DNA of 57,727 nucleotides, filler included, from Sphacelaria rigidula (GCA_964200075.2; 8 parts of 8 records of this genome joined end to end with filler, not necessarily neighbours in it), one strand, 5' to 3'; positions 35,657 through 48,275 are shown, counted from the first letter of the whole stretch. The notes: a model not told the origin generated them from the sequence alone. A program made the numbers and translations.

Positions 35657-36044
35657 GACACGCTCTTCTGGTCGGGCAAATAGGATCAGATGTGGGGTAA
35701 AATTAACGATGAATAACACCCCCCCGAGTTCAAATTGGATATATTTCTTATTGCCGCAGCACCGTCCTTGCTGACATGTGTGTGACGGACAACAGTAGCG
35801 CTGACGGCAACATCACCGTGTTCTTCAGCGCACAGAGGCGCGTCCTGTGCGAAAAGAGAGGCAGAGAGATATCTATTGTTGCATCGGTAATGAGCTCCAA
35901 GGACAAGACGAGACGAAATTCCTCTGCACCTTGACGTTCTTTGATGGGCTGTGCAGCAATAACTTGATATAACAGCAAATTGTGAGAATTGAGGTTTAAC
36001 TCTGAATTGAGGCTCAAGTGGGCAACCCAACTTGCGAACTGTTT

Positions 36045-36144
36045 NNNNNNNNNNNNNNNNNNNNNNNNNNNNNNNNNNNNNNNNNNNNTTAATTAATTAA
36101 NNNNNNNNNNNNNNNNNNNNNNNNNNNNNNNNNNNNNNNNNNNN
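36045..36144. other. Artificial 100-bp spacer
   Basis: N-run with central TTAATTAATTAA. Confidence 0.98.
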
Positions 36145-36199
36145 GGGGTAGACTGGCACCCAGAATAAATGGGACAACACACACACACAACACACACTT

Positions 36200-37687
36200 G
36201 CCGCAATATCTGCCCGGGCAGCTTCTTGCCCGATGCGTCGTCACCTGCTGGCAGAGGTGACGGCGCCCTTGCTACGCAGCCGCCGATTGACTGTTCGGCG
36301 GTGGTGTCGACGGCTGGCTGCTTGTGCTCTGGTCCTCGTCGCCACCACACCCTGGGCCCTGGCTCTTTCCCGGTTTTCCCTTCAGGCGTGGGCCGTTGGG
36401 TCTGCCGGGTTGGCCTTTCCAACAAGAGCCTGATCGCCGGAAATCTTCTTCCCTTTCACGAGTTCCTACTTGAAAAGTGTCGATTCAAAACGTTTTCGAA
36501 TCGACTCCACCACGATTTCCCGTGTGGGGGCCCCTCACGGTCCTCCGGTTTTTGCTTCTGGATGTTACACTCGGGAGGAAGGGCATTGACAAATTTCGAG
36601 AGGATTTGCGCGTCCTTCAGGTTGATGTGGTCATCGTACGATCTCAGTTGTCTAGCCAGCCGCGTCCTCTATCTCGATTAGTTCATGTATCGGGTCATCT
36701 CGAACGCTAATCCTCATGTGATCATATGTTTTCAGCCGCGCTACTCTTGCTTCGTCGGTCTTGGGACCGCATGACTCTCTCAACTCACGCCATACAGCAG
36801 CAGGAGAAGGGACTCGAAAGAGGATACACCGGTCCCTCTCACTGTCCACGCTCGCCACCAGCATCTGCCTAGCTCTTACGTTCGCAGCTACTCTTTCCCT
36901 TTCGTGCCTTGCTGCCGAGTAACGCGCAGACAGCTCCATGTTTCCCACTTCCACATCATGTGACCTATCGTCAGACATGGCAAGAACCCAGTCAATACCC
37001 TCTCTCCTCGCGAAGTTGATGAGCTCGTGTTTGTAGTGGGAACATTTGTTTTTCAGCGAAATTCGAGACGGTTGCATTGAAGACTGGTACGCCTACGGCA
37101 TTTTGTACACACGGTCCTCTACGACCGTACACAGCGACTGACTCACTTGTTGCGAGGTCCATGCCCCTAGCTTCGTCGCTTCCAGTCCTGTGGTCGCTCC
37201 CAGATGGAGCTTCCTGCTCGCATTCGCGAAAGCGCCGGTGGCTTCCTGCCACGCTAGGTTCGACTGAGCTGTGTGACGGTTTAGTAGACAACCAACTAGA
37301 CTACTCACCAGTCAACCTCAGAGGCTGACTGGTCAGTAGTCTAGTTGGTTGTCTTGAGGCTGACTGGTCAGTAGTATAGTTGGTTGTCTCTTAAACCGTC
37401 ACTAGTTGGTTGTCTCTTGAACAGTCACAGCTGTCAGCCTGGTGCAGCTCTTGTGTCGCGCGGCGTCCCCTCCCAGGGACTCCCTTGCTCTCAATGACGT
37501 AGCTCCATCGCACGCCACCGGACTCGTGCACATCGTCGATGTCATCTACTCCACTCTGTAGTGCCGGCAACTCTGACTGCACATCCCCATCAAGATCGGT
37601 CAGCATACCAAACTGGCAAGTAAACTGACTCGCCATGTATTGTAGCTGAGTATTTACGTCGCTGCCCTCTACAGGATCTGCAGCCAT
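36200..37687 (-). pseudogene. gag: Copia-type gag relic
   Basis: Minus-strand PVFN, YKHELINFA, PSPAAVWREL..GPKT, DDPIHELIEIED and ILSKFVNALPPECNIQKQ (UBN2-like), then a Gly/Arg-rich linker. Contains stops and frameshifts. Confidence 0.75.
37273..37430. repeat. Compound inverted plus tandem micro-duplication (~35-bp unit)
   Basis: AGACAACCAACTAGACTACTCACCAGTCAACCTC, one A, then its near-exact reverse complement GAGGCTGACTGGTCAGTAGTCTAGTTGGTTGTCT twice in tandem, plus a third TAGTTGGTTGTCTC. Confidence 0.85.
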
Positions 37688-38444
37688 TCCATCATTCCCG
37701 GCTATACTTGCGCAATCGATTGATCACTATTGCATTCGTTGGCTCAGGCACAGGGCAAATGGTTAATTCCATTTATCAGAGAACTCGCAAGTAACTGCTA
37801 TAACTCAGGACAGTATAGTTCGAGAGAAAAACTTGAGTGTCAAAGGTGAGGAGCGCCCGAGCTACGCGGTTACTGTACCGTCCCACATCATACTTGGCTG
37901 CCAGAACTCGCATGCTACCCCGACCCCCTTGTTCTACGGAGGTCCTACCGACGATATCTGAACACAGGGATGTGCCATTCATAGCATGAATCACCTCGAG
38001 ATTATGTCACTTCGGAACGCTGCAGTTTCTCGAACTGCCGAATGTCCCTATCCCCCGCAATCATCGAGATGTCATCATCCAATTTACAATCACTGTCATC
38101 GTCCAATCTAACAGTGCTCTAAATCTTTGTTCATCTATTCCCGGGACAGAAAAGTGCATTTCTGTATTTTGGGCGCGAATATATTTGGTTCAGCCCCCCT
38201 GCTCGCGGCTAAGTCTTATTTGTTCATCCTGAATGTGTAATGGATTCTGGAGACGATGAAAAAAAAATATCGTAAAATGTATTTCCAACTAAATAACCAA
38301 AAACTGAAGAGATAAAACCTGGACCTGACCTAAAAAACGTTTTTCAGCCACGCACAGATGTCGCAAATGCACCTACTCGAGCAATTGAAAATTCATATCC
38401 TGAATTCTATCCTCCATACTCCTCAAGGTATGAATGCTTTGTTT

Positions 38445-38690
38445 GAATGATTTTTTTGCGCCACTCTGTACACCAATATATATATATTATTATTGTGAAT
38501 CATTTGTTCTTGTCGCACTTTGACGTCGGCCCCGGCCCCCCCGCCCGCCCCGCCCTCGTCTGGCGCACCCCCGTGCCGCGCTGCCGNNNNNNNNNNTTAA
38601 TGATTTTTTTGCGCCTCTCTGTACACCAATATATATATATTATTATTGTGAATCATTTGTTCTTGTCGCACTTTGCCCCCCCCCCCCCCC
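38445..38690. other. ~77-bp duplication across a native 10-N assembly gap (38587-38596); probable assembly artefact
   Basis: AATGATTTTTTTGCGCC...TTGTCGCACTTTG occurs on both sides of the gap, each time running into a C-rich tract. Confidence 0.7.
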
Positions 38691-38899
38691 CATCCTCGGG
38701 ATGAGTCCGTGGTCTCAAGGAATCAACCCATCTCTCCCCTGGTACATGCCTTGCATTTCGGTCTCACGGATTGGGTCATGACTATCAGCACTCCCGCACC
38801 GCGTCAACTCACATCAATCAAACTCAATCGACTACTTTATTTACTCACATTCTCACGCTTTCCACGGTGGAAACCAGACATTGCGAAGAAGAAACCTAA

Positions 38900-38970
38900 C
38901 GCATCGGCAATCGAACCCTTGTTCTCTCCACTCTAATGGCGACAGTCGGACCGTTACACCACCGGGGCGC
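38900..38970 (-). mobile_element. tRNA-derived SINE head
   Basis: Minus strand GCCCCGGTGGTGTAACGG (A-box) ... GGGTTCGATTGCC (B-box). Same GCCCCGGTGG start as the copy at 25859. Confidence 0.55.
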
Positions 38971-39724
38971 GGCGGCACCAATAGTTAACTCAAACTATGG
39001 ATGGGAACGTTAGCTAGTTGCCATCAGCCCAATCCCCATTAAAAACAATAAAATCGCATTCTATTCGATACTCATCACGGCACTCATGTGGCACTCGAAT
39101 TTTGAACAGTCGGAATCATCCGAAATGGAACGGCACGTCCGTATGGCAATCAGAACCTACCGTATACACTAAAATCGATCTGATGTACCGTCTACAGCAC
39201 GGTCGCCATCAGGCCATAGCCGTCAGCCATCACAGAAGAAGATGATCATACGGTAAGCCTGCACCCAGGCTCCACAAAAAGTTGCTTCCACTCATTTCCC
39301 TGCGTTTCACGCGGGATATTTTCTCAAACATTTGGCATGAAAAGTCAACACTGCACAAACAACTCGGAGAAGTGGTATGGTACCAATTCTTATGGAGATT
39401 GATTGATTTCGATCGATTGACTGATTGTCGCACTTTGACTGAGCCCCCGGGGGTTCAGCCGTGGTGTCATGGTAGATGTACTCAAGAAAAACAACACTGA
39501 AACACTCGCTGGAGAAAAAGAAGGAACATAAAAAAGTCGAACATAACGACATAATAGACTAGGGCGTGAAAATAAAACGAGATAGAAAGAGGAATCCATC
39601 ATAAAATCGAATAAAACGAAATCGAAATGCCAAAATGCTAGAGATATCCTCCAACATAGGAATCACTATATCCCTACCTGCTACCTACCGTAACATGAAA
39701 ACGCCAAACCTGCTTCCAACGTCT

Positions 39725-39950
39725 TGCCTGCATCCTAGAAAACCAAGACACGCATTCGCCTCCAAACATCATCAGCCCCCCTGATGCCAATTGTCTATCA
39801 GCTGTCTGACTCCGCGTAGTCGACATCAGTGAACATATTCCAGCTTTATCCCGGCGTGCTCTCTGCGACAAATAATCCCCAGCGAATTCGTTAGTTTCAC
39901 ATATCACACACATACTGAACTACAAGTCGCAGTACCCCGTAATGGCACAT
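39725..39950 (-). pseudogene. Copia RT/RNase H junction fragment
   Basis: FTDVDYA, frameshift, then TADRQLASGGLMMFGGECVSWFSRMQ, matching the Copia RNase H pattern DADYA..DRRSxSG..GGxxVSWxSxxQ. Confidence 0.8.
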
Positions 39951-40756
39951 ACTGATGAGTACACCTTACCAGGAAGAAAATCAAAACATGAAACAAAGCG
40001 AGCATCCAAAATATTGTCCCCGAATTAGCGGTTGATCGTTCCACTTCATTTTGAAGTACCTATATTACGTAACTGTGGAATTCAATTCTCATTCTGCCGA
40101 CAAGAAACTTCCGAAAGAGTCAACACCGTCGTCAAGATCTTGCAAGTTTTTTTTTTTTTTTCTGGAAGAAAAATCGACCCAAACATACTAAACTATGAGT
40201 CTCCCCAGGGATAACGAAACCGGAAATACTGTGTATAGATAGTACAAGTACCCCCAGTATAGATAGTACAAGCAACAAAGAAGAGATTATTCTGTGTATA
40301 GATAGACCCAGCGAATAATGTAAAACAGATGTGAAGTGGGCCAATATCATAAACAAAATAATACTAGCACTGCCATTTGACATACGCTCTTCTCTAGGAG
40401 GTGCCCCCATATCCGATAGTTCCCTTCTTGCTTTCGCCGAACAATTTCGTATGACAATGCCCCCCCCTGATTCAACATTACTTTTCACCTGCAGGGAGTA
40501 TTGGCTTCAAGTGCATGGGTTATCTACAACCTCAACGTCGGTTCTAGGTCCAGTGTCAGCTCCGCATTTTAGAGACGAATGTTTTTTCACCCAGTCAAAA
40601 ATGCACGTATGGCGAAGCCCGAGTCGCGACATCGCAAGAATTAAAGAGAGAACGGCGATCGCGGCGGAGACAACGATGGTGCAACCGTTCGGAAGAGGAA
40701 GCAGAGGCCGGGGTAGGGATCAAAAATGCTGCGGCAATCAAGTTTTTGGAATGTTT

Positions 40757-42673
40757 CAAGGTTGTGCTCTGCAGGGTACGGTTTTCTGTATACCCGGGGT
40801 ATTTTCCCGGGTATTTATCGTACCCGACGGTTCTGTTACATCTGTAAGACTTTCATACCGGTGCCCGATAGATCCATTAACTCTGTAAGCTTTTCATGCC
40901 CTTAACCAATAGTTCTTTGAGCTCTGTAAGCCTCCCGCACCATTACCGGAGGGCACGGGTACGCGCTTGATAACATACCCGGTTGTGGGTACGGTTTTCT
41001 GTGCAACCGCCGTACCATACCTGGCAGTTTCTGTGAGCTCTGTAAGTCTCCCATACCCTTACGGGACAGTCCCTTGAGTTCTGTACAGAATGTTTACCCG
41101 TGCCCGGAGCACGGGGTATGCTCTTGGAGGAATACCCGATTGCCGGTGCGATTTTTCTGTAAGCTTCCCATACCGTACCCGACAAGTTCTGTAATTTCTG
41201 TAAGACTTTCATCCAGTACCGGTACCCGATATTTCTGTGAACTCTGTAAGCCTCCCATACTCCTACCCGGGGTTAGGGTATACCGTTATAGAAACACCCG
41301 ATTGCAGGTACGAGCACAGGCATATACCGTGGGAGGTACGGATATAGATTCAATCCAAACACAACCTCATGACCTGAAGACGTATCTCCCATTGATCACT
41401 CCTTCATTCAACAGCGCACACCAACAAATATTCAACGTTGGAAAATTCTTTGGTTTGGAAACTGACGGTATACGAGGCACTGCTGAGTGGAAATATGAAA
41501 ATATGAGCGGCACTGCAAACCGTCAGGATGGATCACCCCCAGACTCGAGTGGTGGCTCGAGCGGGGGCGGTTCATCTGCGCTACGAGGGGATCAAGTAGT
41601 AAGAAGCACGTCATCGGCGTTGATGGTGGTTGTATTGTGGTCATCAAACCCCAGGCCGCTATCGACATGCACAGCCAAGAGTATGAGCTACCACCGGACG
41701 CCGTGAAGGCCGTCGACGATTTTGTCGCGTGCCGAAGGGCTTCCAGAAAGCGGGCAGCCGTGAATATTCCTCCATGTACTCTCTGGGAGTGTACGTGAAG
41801 TCGACAGATGTTGACGATCCCGTGCACATGTACTACTGCGAGTGTTCGTTTAGTCTTTATCTATCAACCCCGTGAAGCCGTTCAGAGTTTTTGTGAACCA
41901 TCACCCGTAGCTCGCCACTGTGGTGACGTAGGCCGTAACACGGGGGTAATGATGAAAAATACCGAGGTCGTCTTTTGTAGGGTACAGTTTTCTGTATACT
42001 CGAGGTATTTTCCCGGTGATTTACCGTGCCTTACAGTTCTGTGACTTCTGTGAGACTTGCATACTTGTACCCGACAGTTCTGTAAACTCTGTAAGGCTTT
42101 TATATCCTTACCCGACACTTCTGGGAGTTCTGTATGCCTTCCGTACCGTTACCGGGGGGCACAGGTGTGATCTTGATGAGATACCCGGTTGCGGGTTCGG
42201 TTTTCTGTGCAGCCTCCATACTCTATCCGAAAGCTTCTGTGAGTTCTGTAAGCCTTACTCACCCTTCCCGGACACTTCTGTGAGCTCTGTACAGAATGTT
42301 TACCCGTACCCGGAGCGCGGGGTGTGCTCTTGAAGAAATACCCGATTGCCGGCACGGGTTTTCTGCAAGCTTCCCATACCGCACCCGTATCCGACCCCCG
42401 TAGTCGTTTTAGAAATATATTTTTCTCGTTAGATTCCCGTGCCGATGACGGTTACTACGATTTGAAGCATGTGGAGATCGGGTGAAAATTGGGCTTGGAA
42501 TTTGTAATTTCGATCTCGGAACAATCTGTAATTTCTGTGAGACTTTCAAAGCGGTACCCGACAGTTTAGTAATTTCTGTAAACTTTCATACCCGGTACCC
42601 GATATTTCCGTAAGTTCTGTAAGGAATCTCACACCCTACAAAACATATTCGTACCCTACAGAACACAACCTTG
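40757..42673. mobile_element. Non-autonomous hAT-type DNA transposon (1917 bp)
   Basis: TIRs CAAGGTTGTGCTCTGCAGGGTACG and CGTACCCTACAGAACACAACCTTG. Perfect 8-bp TSD GAATGTTT (40749-40756 and 42674-42681). Dense subterminal TCTGTAAG/TACCCG repeats. Internal duplication of ~40900-41180 at ~42100-42390. Confidence 0.9.
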
Positions 42674-43099
42674 GAATGTTTTTTTGTTTTGATATTTGCT
42701 TTGAATCTCGTTTCCAGTCTGACATTGGTTTTTGGTATTTAAAAACTATTCTTCGCCCAACTACTATAGTCGCGGTTGAGAATCATGGAAGAAGAACTTT
42801 GCTACCATGCTTCCAGCCGATTTTGTTTGGGATAATTTGAGTAGTCGGTTTTGTTTTTGGGCTGGGAATTGTTTTGGATCTCGGAAGGAATGTGTCCTGA
42901 TTTTGACCTGCAGTATACTCTCGCGAGAAGAGGAGCTCCTAGCAAGAATTTTGACTGGAGACGTTTTTCAGTCTAGGTTGTCCCGAAACATTTGGATCTG
43001 TTGGCGGTATCCTCGCGAAGGGTTGACTCGGCAGCAACGAATGGTAGATCAAGCCTTCGGAAGGGAAGAGTCGGCAGATAAGTCGTCTGCCATACCAAT

Positions 43100-43210
43100 T
43101 CTCAAATACTTCGGTGCTATTGTTACGGAAATGTGCCCCCCTTGCCATGGTCCGTCTCGAAAGGGATGCGTGGTCAAAGGCCAAATGACTGAGGCAAGCA
43201 ACAAATGGCG
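43100..43210 (+). mobile_element. LINE 3' terminus
   Basis: GGGATGCGTGGTCAAAGGCCAAATGACTGAGGCAAGCAACAAATG matches 57602-57646. Confidence 0.7.
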
Positions 43211-43272
43211 ATACCACAGAATAAAGCAACTCATTGTTGGCTGTCATCCAAATGCAAGATGATCAGTAGGCT

Positions 43273-43372
43273 NNNNNNNNNNNNNNNNNNNNNNNNNNNN
43301 NNNNNNNNNNNNNNNNTTAATTAATTAANNNNNNNNNNNNNNNNNNNNNNNNNNNNNNNNNNNNNNNNNNNN
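43273..43372. other. Artificial 100-bp spacer
   Basis: N-run with central TTAATTAATTAA. Confidence 0.98.
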
Positions 43373-43460
43373 GGAACCATATTTCGAAGATTTAGTGTGA
43401 ATACGAAGATTTTAATCCTCCGGGTTTTCATCCTCAATGAAAAGCTCCATCCTCAACATA
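43373..43460. mobile_element. Arm fragment of the fold-back MITE family at 7605-8047
   Basis: GGAACCATATTTCGAAGATTTAGTGTGAATACGAAGATTTTAATCCTCCGGGTTTT aligns with ~7948-8005 and with the reverse complement of ~7640-7704. Confidence 0.75.
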
Positions 43461-43690
43461 GATGATCGGTTGTTCTGTAAAGGTGAATATACTTTTTGCG
43501 TGAGTGGACGGTCATTTTTCTTCCATCTCGAAACCCACCGGTTCTACTTTTCAGAAGCGTTTTTCGAGGGCGATCCTGAGAGACATTTCAGTCTCCAGGT
43601 TCCTGGTGTAACATGGGGGAATAGATTAGTTCACCACTTGGGAGGGTGAGAAATTTCTCCGAAATTCATCATTTCGAACAAACTACAACC

Positions 43691-43719
43691 AACCCTAACG
43701 CTAACCCTAACCCTAACCC
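43691..43719. repeat. Short interstitial (CCCTAA)n telomere-like tract
   Basis: AACCCTAACGCTAACCCTAACCCTAACCC. Confidence 0.7.
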
Positions 43720-45312
43720 CAACGAAGGCACACCGAGAACCCTCGGGCAAGTGGGTGCAAAGTGTTCACTAGGCGAAGTTTGCGTTGCCAGACCTCAAAT
43801 CGGCACCCCAGGAGCCGATTCCAACAAAATCGCGTTCTGCGCACGCCAGGAGCACGCTTGGAGCACAGCCCCAATAAAGATCCGGATGTCGCTGTTCAGG
43901 CTAAAATCGAGTCGAATTGAAAATCAACCATAGCACCCTCCCCAGAGGTGAACTATACTGCATCTGTTGGATCAGCATCAGTTTCACTTGAAAAATGTAT
44001 AAATAGTCCAGTTTGACTACCCTCGCGGTGTAAGGATAGAGAGCAATTTGTTGAATAATATACCGGACGTACAGTGTATAACGCCTCTCTTTTCAGCGAC
44101 GGAATTAACGTGTCTTCATGCTGATGACGTTCGATTCTTGATGTGTAAGCATGGCGACGAAACCTTTGCTCACTGCTTCGGCTACTATCGTTCAACAACT
44201 CTGTGAGACAACGAGCATAAGTACTCAATACACTCAGGGCATGCATCGGCGCGGCCATGAGATGTCTCGTGGTCACCCTGAGGATGCTCCGCAAATGAGG
44301 GTAGAGCCCAAAGAGTAGTGTCAAGACATGTGCGGAGCGTTTGTGCCTCCCGAAATTCTCATACATTTACGCAGCCAAGAATAACGTCGAGTGCGTCAAC
44401 CGCCAGGGTGCGTCATCGGGGCTTCGTATCGTAAATGGTTTTCAGTGAACATTATGCCAAGTCATCAGTTGGTTCACCATGATGCTGGCCAACAAAATGT
44501 TCAGGAATACATGATAAGAAGCGTTCCCACATCCGATCCCATGAAGACCACTCGGGACAATACAAACACACATGCTTTCTGTGGCTCCGGTAGGTGCATA
44601 TATATTGCGACCGGGAGATACTCGTTTACCGCGAAGATCACAGGTCCCAAACGGCCGGTTCTGAAGGCATATTTTGAGTCACCTCGGGGCATATCCACGA
44701 GAATAATAATCACCATCACCATTATAGGTGGGTCAAAGTCGGTGTTTCTGGTATTTTTGGCTGTAAATTATTGTGAAATATACCTGCATCCCCGAGTTTG
44801 ACATGCCTTTACTGGTCAAACGGTTCCGGATTATGCGCTTTCATGCGAATGATGCAATCCCCCCGAACGACGCCCGCCCCATGGGACATACAGCATGTTT
44901 TCATCCCAAGACTGAGCAGGTATCTCAAACTCGAGGCTCTCTGTATATTTAACGCTCATTTAGTGTCGATGATAGTGGGGACCTCGAGTGTGAGATACGG
45001 CTGCAGTTCCTATCAATAGACCCAGCAGAAGCGCAAACGACGTGAAAGCAGAAAGTTGCTACAGCAGAAATGCGTAGACTATCTCCGGGCATTGTAATGC
45101 GTGAGAGGCGGTCCCCTAAGCACGCGGTCCTCTCACACATTACAGGCATAACCAGAAGTTCAACATTGCTTCCGAGATATTTTTGTTCTTCCATGCGAAT
45201 GGGGTGCTTCCCCCGAACGACGGCGGCCCCATTGGACACACCACAAACGTTCATAATATTTCTTCAACTGACTGAAACGGCGATTCACGTGAAAGCAGAA
45301 GTCGCAGCAGGT

Positions 45313-45415
45313 ATGGGTGATATTGTAGCAGCCATCGACGTGGGGACAAGCCGGACTGCCTACTCGTACACAGTTATTGACAAGGACGACATGGGCAAGC
45401 CGCAAGTTCAGCTAG
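45313..45415 (+). CDS. Probable first coding exon of an Hsp70-superfamily (HSPA12-like) ATPase
   Basis: MGDIVAAIDVGTSRTAYSYT fits the Hsp70 phosphate-1 motif (xxxIDxGT[ST]) at the very N-terminus, followed by a strong G|GTGAG donor. A possible later decayed exon lies near 46640-46760 (TFRKFFMLY...AISMRGYP). Confidence 0.65.
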
Positions 45416-45954
45416 GTGAGATCGCTATGCAAATACCATCCTGGCGTTGCGCGATAGGGCAGCGACAATATCTCATACTTGCCAAGCATATGTGATGATC
45501 ACGGTAGAACCAGGGATCATGCTTTTTGCATGGGCGTCCATACAAGATACTGGTGCTGTCATATCCATGTGTTTCGAGACGTGGAGATTGAAATGTTTGG
45601 TATAATGCGAGCAGATGACGGTAATATGCCGCTTTTGTGTGCAGCATAGCGACGGCCGAAGTACGTTCTTCGTCCGCTCCGGAACCAGTTTCGCCGTACG
45701 GTGGCTTGAGCGACGACTACGGACTGTACGAATATATTTGAGGTGTTGCTGCGTCCATACCGAGCGCGCGTGGACAACACGGACAGCTCTCCAAATGGCG
45801 TTCATTCACGTAAAATGGACAATGTAACTAAATATTTACATGGATGGGCATGTGAATAGCATGACTCTACAGTCAACACGTGCTCTGAACGTTCGAGGTA
45901 ACGTGCGCCTGTATATCGAGTGATCCTACGATAATTTGAGGGCGAACAGCGTAC

Positions 45955-46080
45955 CCGTTGGTTGCTTGCCTCGGTCATGTGGCCATTGACCACACGAATC
46001 TCATTCGAGAGGCACAGATCGCCGTTACTTTTCGAAATAGGGACACCTCCACAGTATGGACGCTCATTCCGTTTTCCCAT
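45955..46080 (-). mobile_element. LINE 3' terminus inside the presumed Hsp70-like intron
   Basis: Minus strand GTGGTCAATGGCCACATGACCGAGGCAAGCAAC, preceded by ERPYCGGVPISKSNG; homologous to 57540-57641. Confidence 0.65.
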
Positions 46081-48275
46081 GAGTCACATATTTTTTTTTT
46101 CACTCTTTGCATCTCCTTCCTTTTCCGCCACCTGTGGCCACCGTCTACCTCCTAGTGCATAGCAATCGTTTTATCGTTACCATTTCGTGTACCGAACGTT
46201 TTCACGTCACAGTCGCCAACGTTCACACTTTCCAAGACGATTCTACGGTAAGGGGCGGGCGGGGAGCTGTCAATTGCTGCATTAAGGAGCCGCTTTGACA
46301 CGTCTGTGCAAGCAGAAAAATCAAGCGATGGTCTTGCTTCCAGTATCAAGTTCATTGCCACACTACTTGACACCGTTCTCACCTGCACAGGAGTTTATTT
46401 ACTCGAGCTGAGGTGGTGAAAAACAGTCCTGACATCATTTTTGTTCGCGCACCCACCTCCCCCTCCCCCTATCGTTGGATCAGATATGCACACGCCGCTT
46501 TATTTTTGCCACTTTGTTTTGGGACTGACGATACCGTGCGGTGCATTGGGCGACTCTCGCCATCACTTGTTTTCATCTGCATTTGTTGCAAGCGCTGGCA
46601 TTCTGACTCTGTATACGCCTTCTACACAGACGTCGCGTTTTCCCCGGGGAACAACGTTCCGTAAATTCTTTATGCTCTACAATGAAGAAAATAATAGCAG
46701 CTGCGCGATATCCATGCGCGGTTACCCGGCCGCAGCGAAGCTTGGGAACAGCAGCCTCGTCGTGCTCGATACAACACGCCCCTCCCGCTTCCTCCTGTCG
46801 ATACCGTCTCCATCCATGTATGATGTCCGTCAGTTTGATAGGCTTGTTTGCACACCTTGTTTCCCCAGTACAAGACGACTTTCCAGGCCGACTTCTACAC
46901 AAATATTCAATACCTCACTACTTATTATTGTGTATTTCATCACTGTTGGCTAACCTCCTCAATTTTGAGGCGCGTGAAGTCGTGTTTTTCTGCTCTGGAC
47001 GCATCCACGTTTCGCCACGGCCAAAATGACTGCTTGCCAGTTGATGTGACGCGAGAAACTGCCCCTTACTAACCCGCATGCACCGTTGTTCACCGTTGTT
47101 CGCTGTGCCGGCTAAGCAGTGGGTGGTCATTGTGGGCGCTGTAAGTATCTTGCACCCAGCCGCAAACATATTCCAACCGCCTTCATCAAGCTAAAAGCTA
47201 GCAGACGCCATTCGATCACGACTAGCGTTTTTCAAACCTTTATCCACAGCCTCAGAACAGGGAATAAAATAAAGCGACAATCAGAACTACAACTCGCTAT
47301 AAATACAAGTGTTGCAAACTTCTAGACGATTATTAAGGCTATTTTCATTGTGTTTTGAATGCAGCCAATTAACAGAATATAGCGGTACAACCTGTTGCGG
47401 CTCAACGAAACTACGAGTCGCAAAATACCGTTTATTCGTATCTTCACCCGGAGAGTACCAATCTTTTGTGTCGACTGATAGTTCACCTGTTTGAATGAGG
47501 TTTCAAGTAGGATATTGCTGGACTGGAGTAGTAGTAGTAGGCGTATTTCCAGGTCACGCAAGCTGTAAGACATCTTGTGTGCCCGTTTGCAGTTGATCTA
47601 AGCTAAAGAAGTGGCAAGGCTACCGCGTCAGCAGTAGCAGGGTTGAATTAGATTATACGATTTGACCCTACGTGCGTGCAGCTGCCTTTGCTTTTTGTTC
47701 CAGAATTGGGTATGCTTGGAATCGATGGTCTCTACCGCCCATGTAATCATCATCTTTCACCACCTTCAGTTCTCTGCTTCGACAAGAGACTGGGCGTTCT
47801 GGTTTGTCTTGGCTGGATGAAGAGCCCGATCAACCACCCATCTGTCTTATCGATTCTTGTTTTGCGCTGCACAAGCTAGTGGTTTAACTACCACCGTGTA
47901 ACCTCGGCTATACTACTGCCTCCGTTACAGTAGTCGGTCTGTTTCCAGAACAGCACCAAACACCACAAGCCAAATATTTCCAGCCCAGTATACTGCTCTT
48001 GAGGAGGTAGAAAATAAGTCGAAGTCTCTCGTCTGTGTATATTATAAACGCTCAGATCTTCTTACAGTACCACTACTGGAGTCGTTCCATTCAATCCCTT
48101 CCTCGTCGCGATATTACTTGTTGATCGTTTGATCTCATTGTTGAGATATTGCACCTACCAGCGTAGCGCAGGTCGCAGGTTGTAGATAAGTATCAATATC
48201 GACACGGTGCACGAGGCATGGCTTACGAATCAAGCCCGACCATAAGCAGTTCAGCGGTAGAAAAAACGTATAGTA

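Noticed and set aside
35690..35850. Minus-strand exon candidate (TTTTCGCACAG acceptor; GAAAIRNIS, ARM-like)
   Set aside because: The acceptor is good, but frame and donor are ambiguous and the similarity is too short to support.
38445..38690. Biological tandem duplication
   Set aside because: The copies straddle a 10-N gap beside a C-run and are most likely overlapping contig ends.
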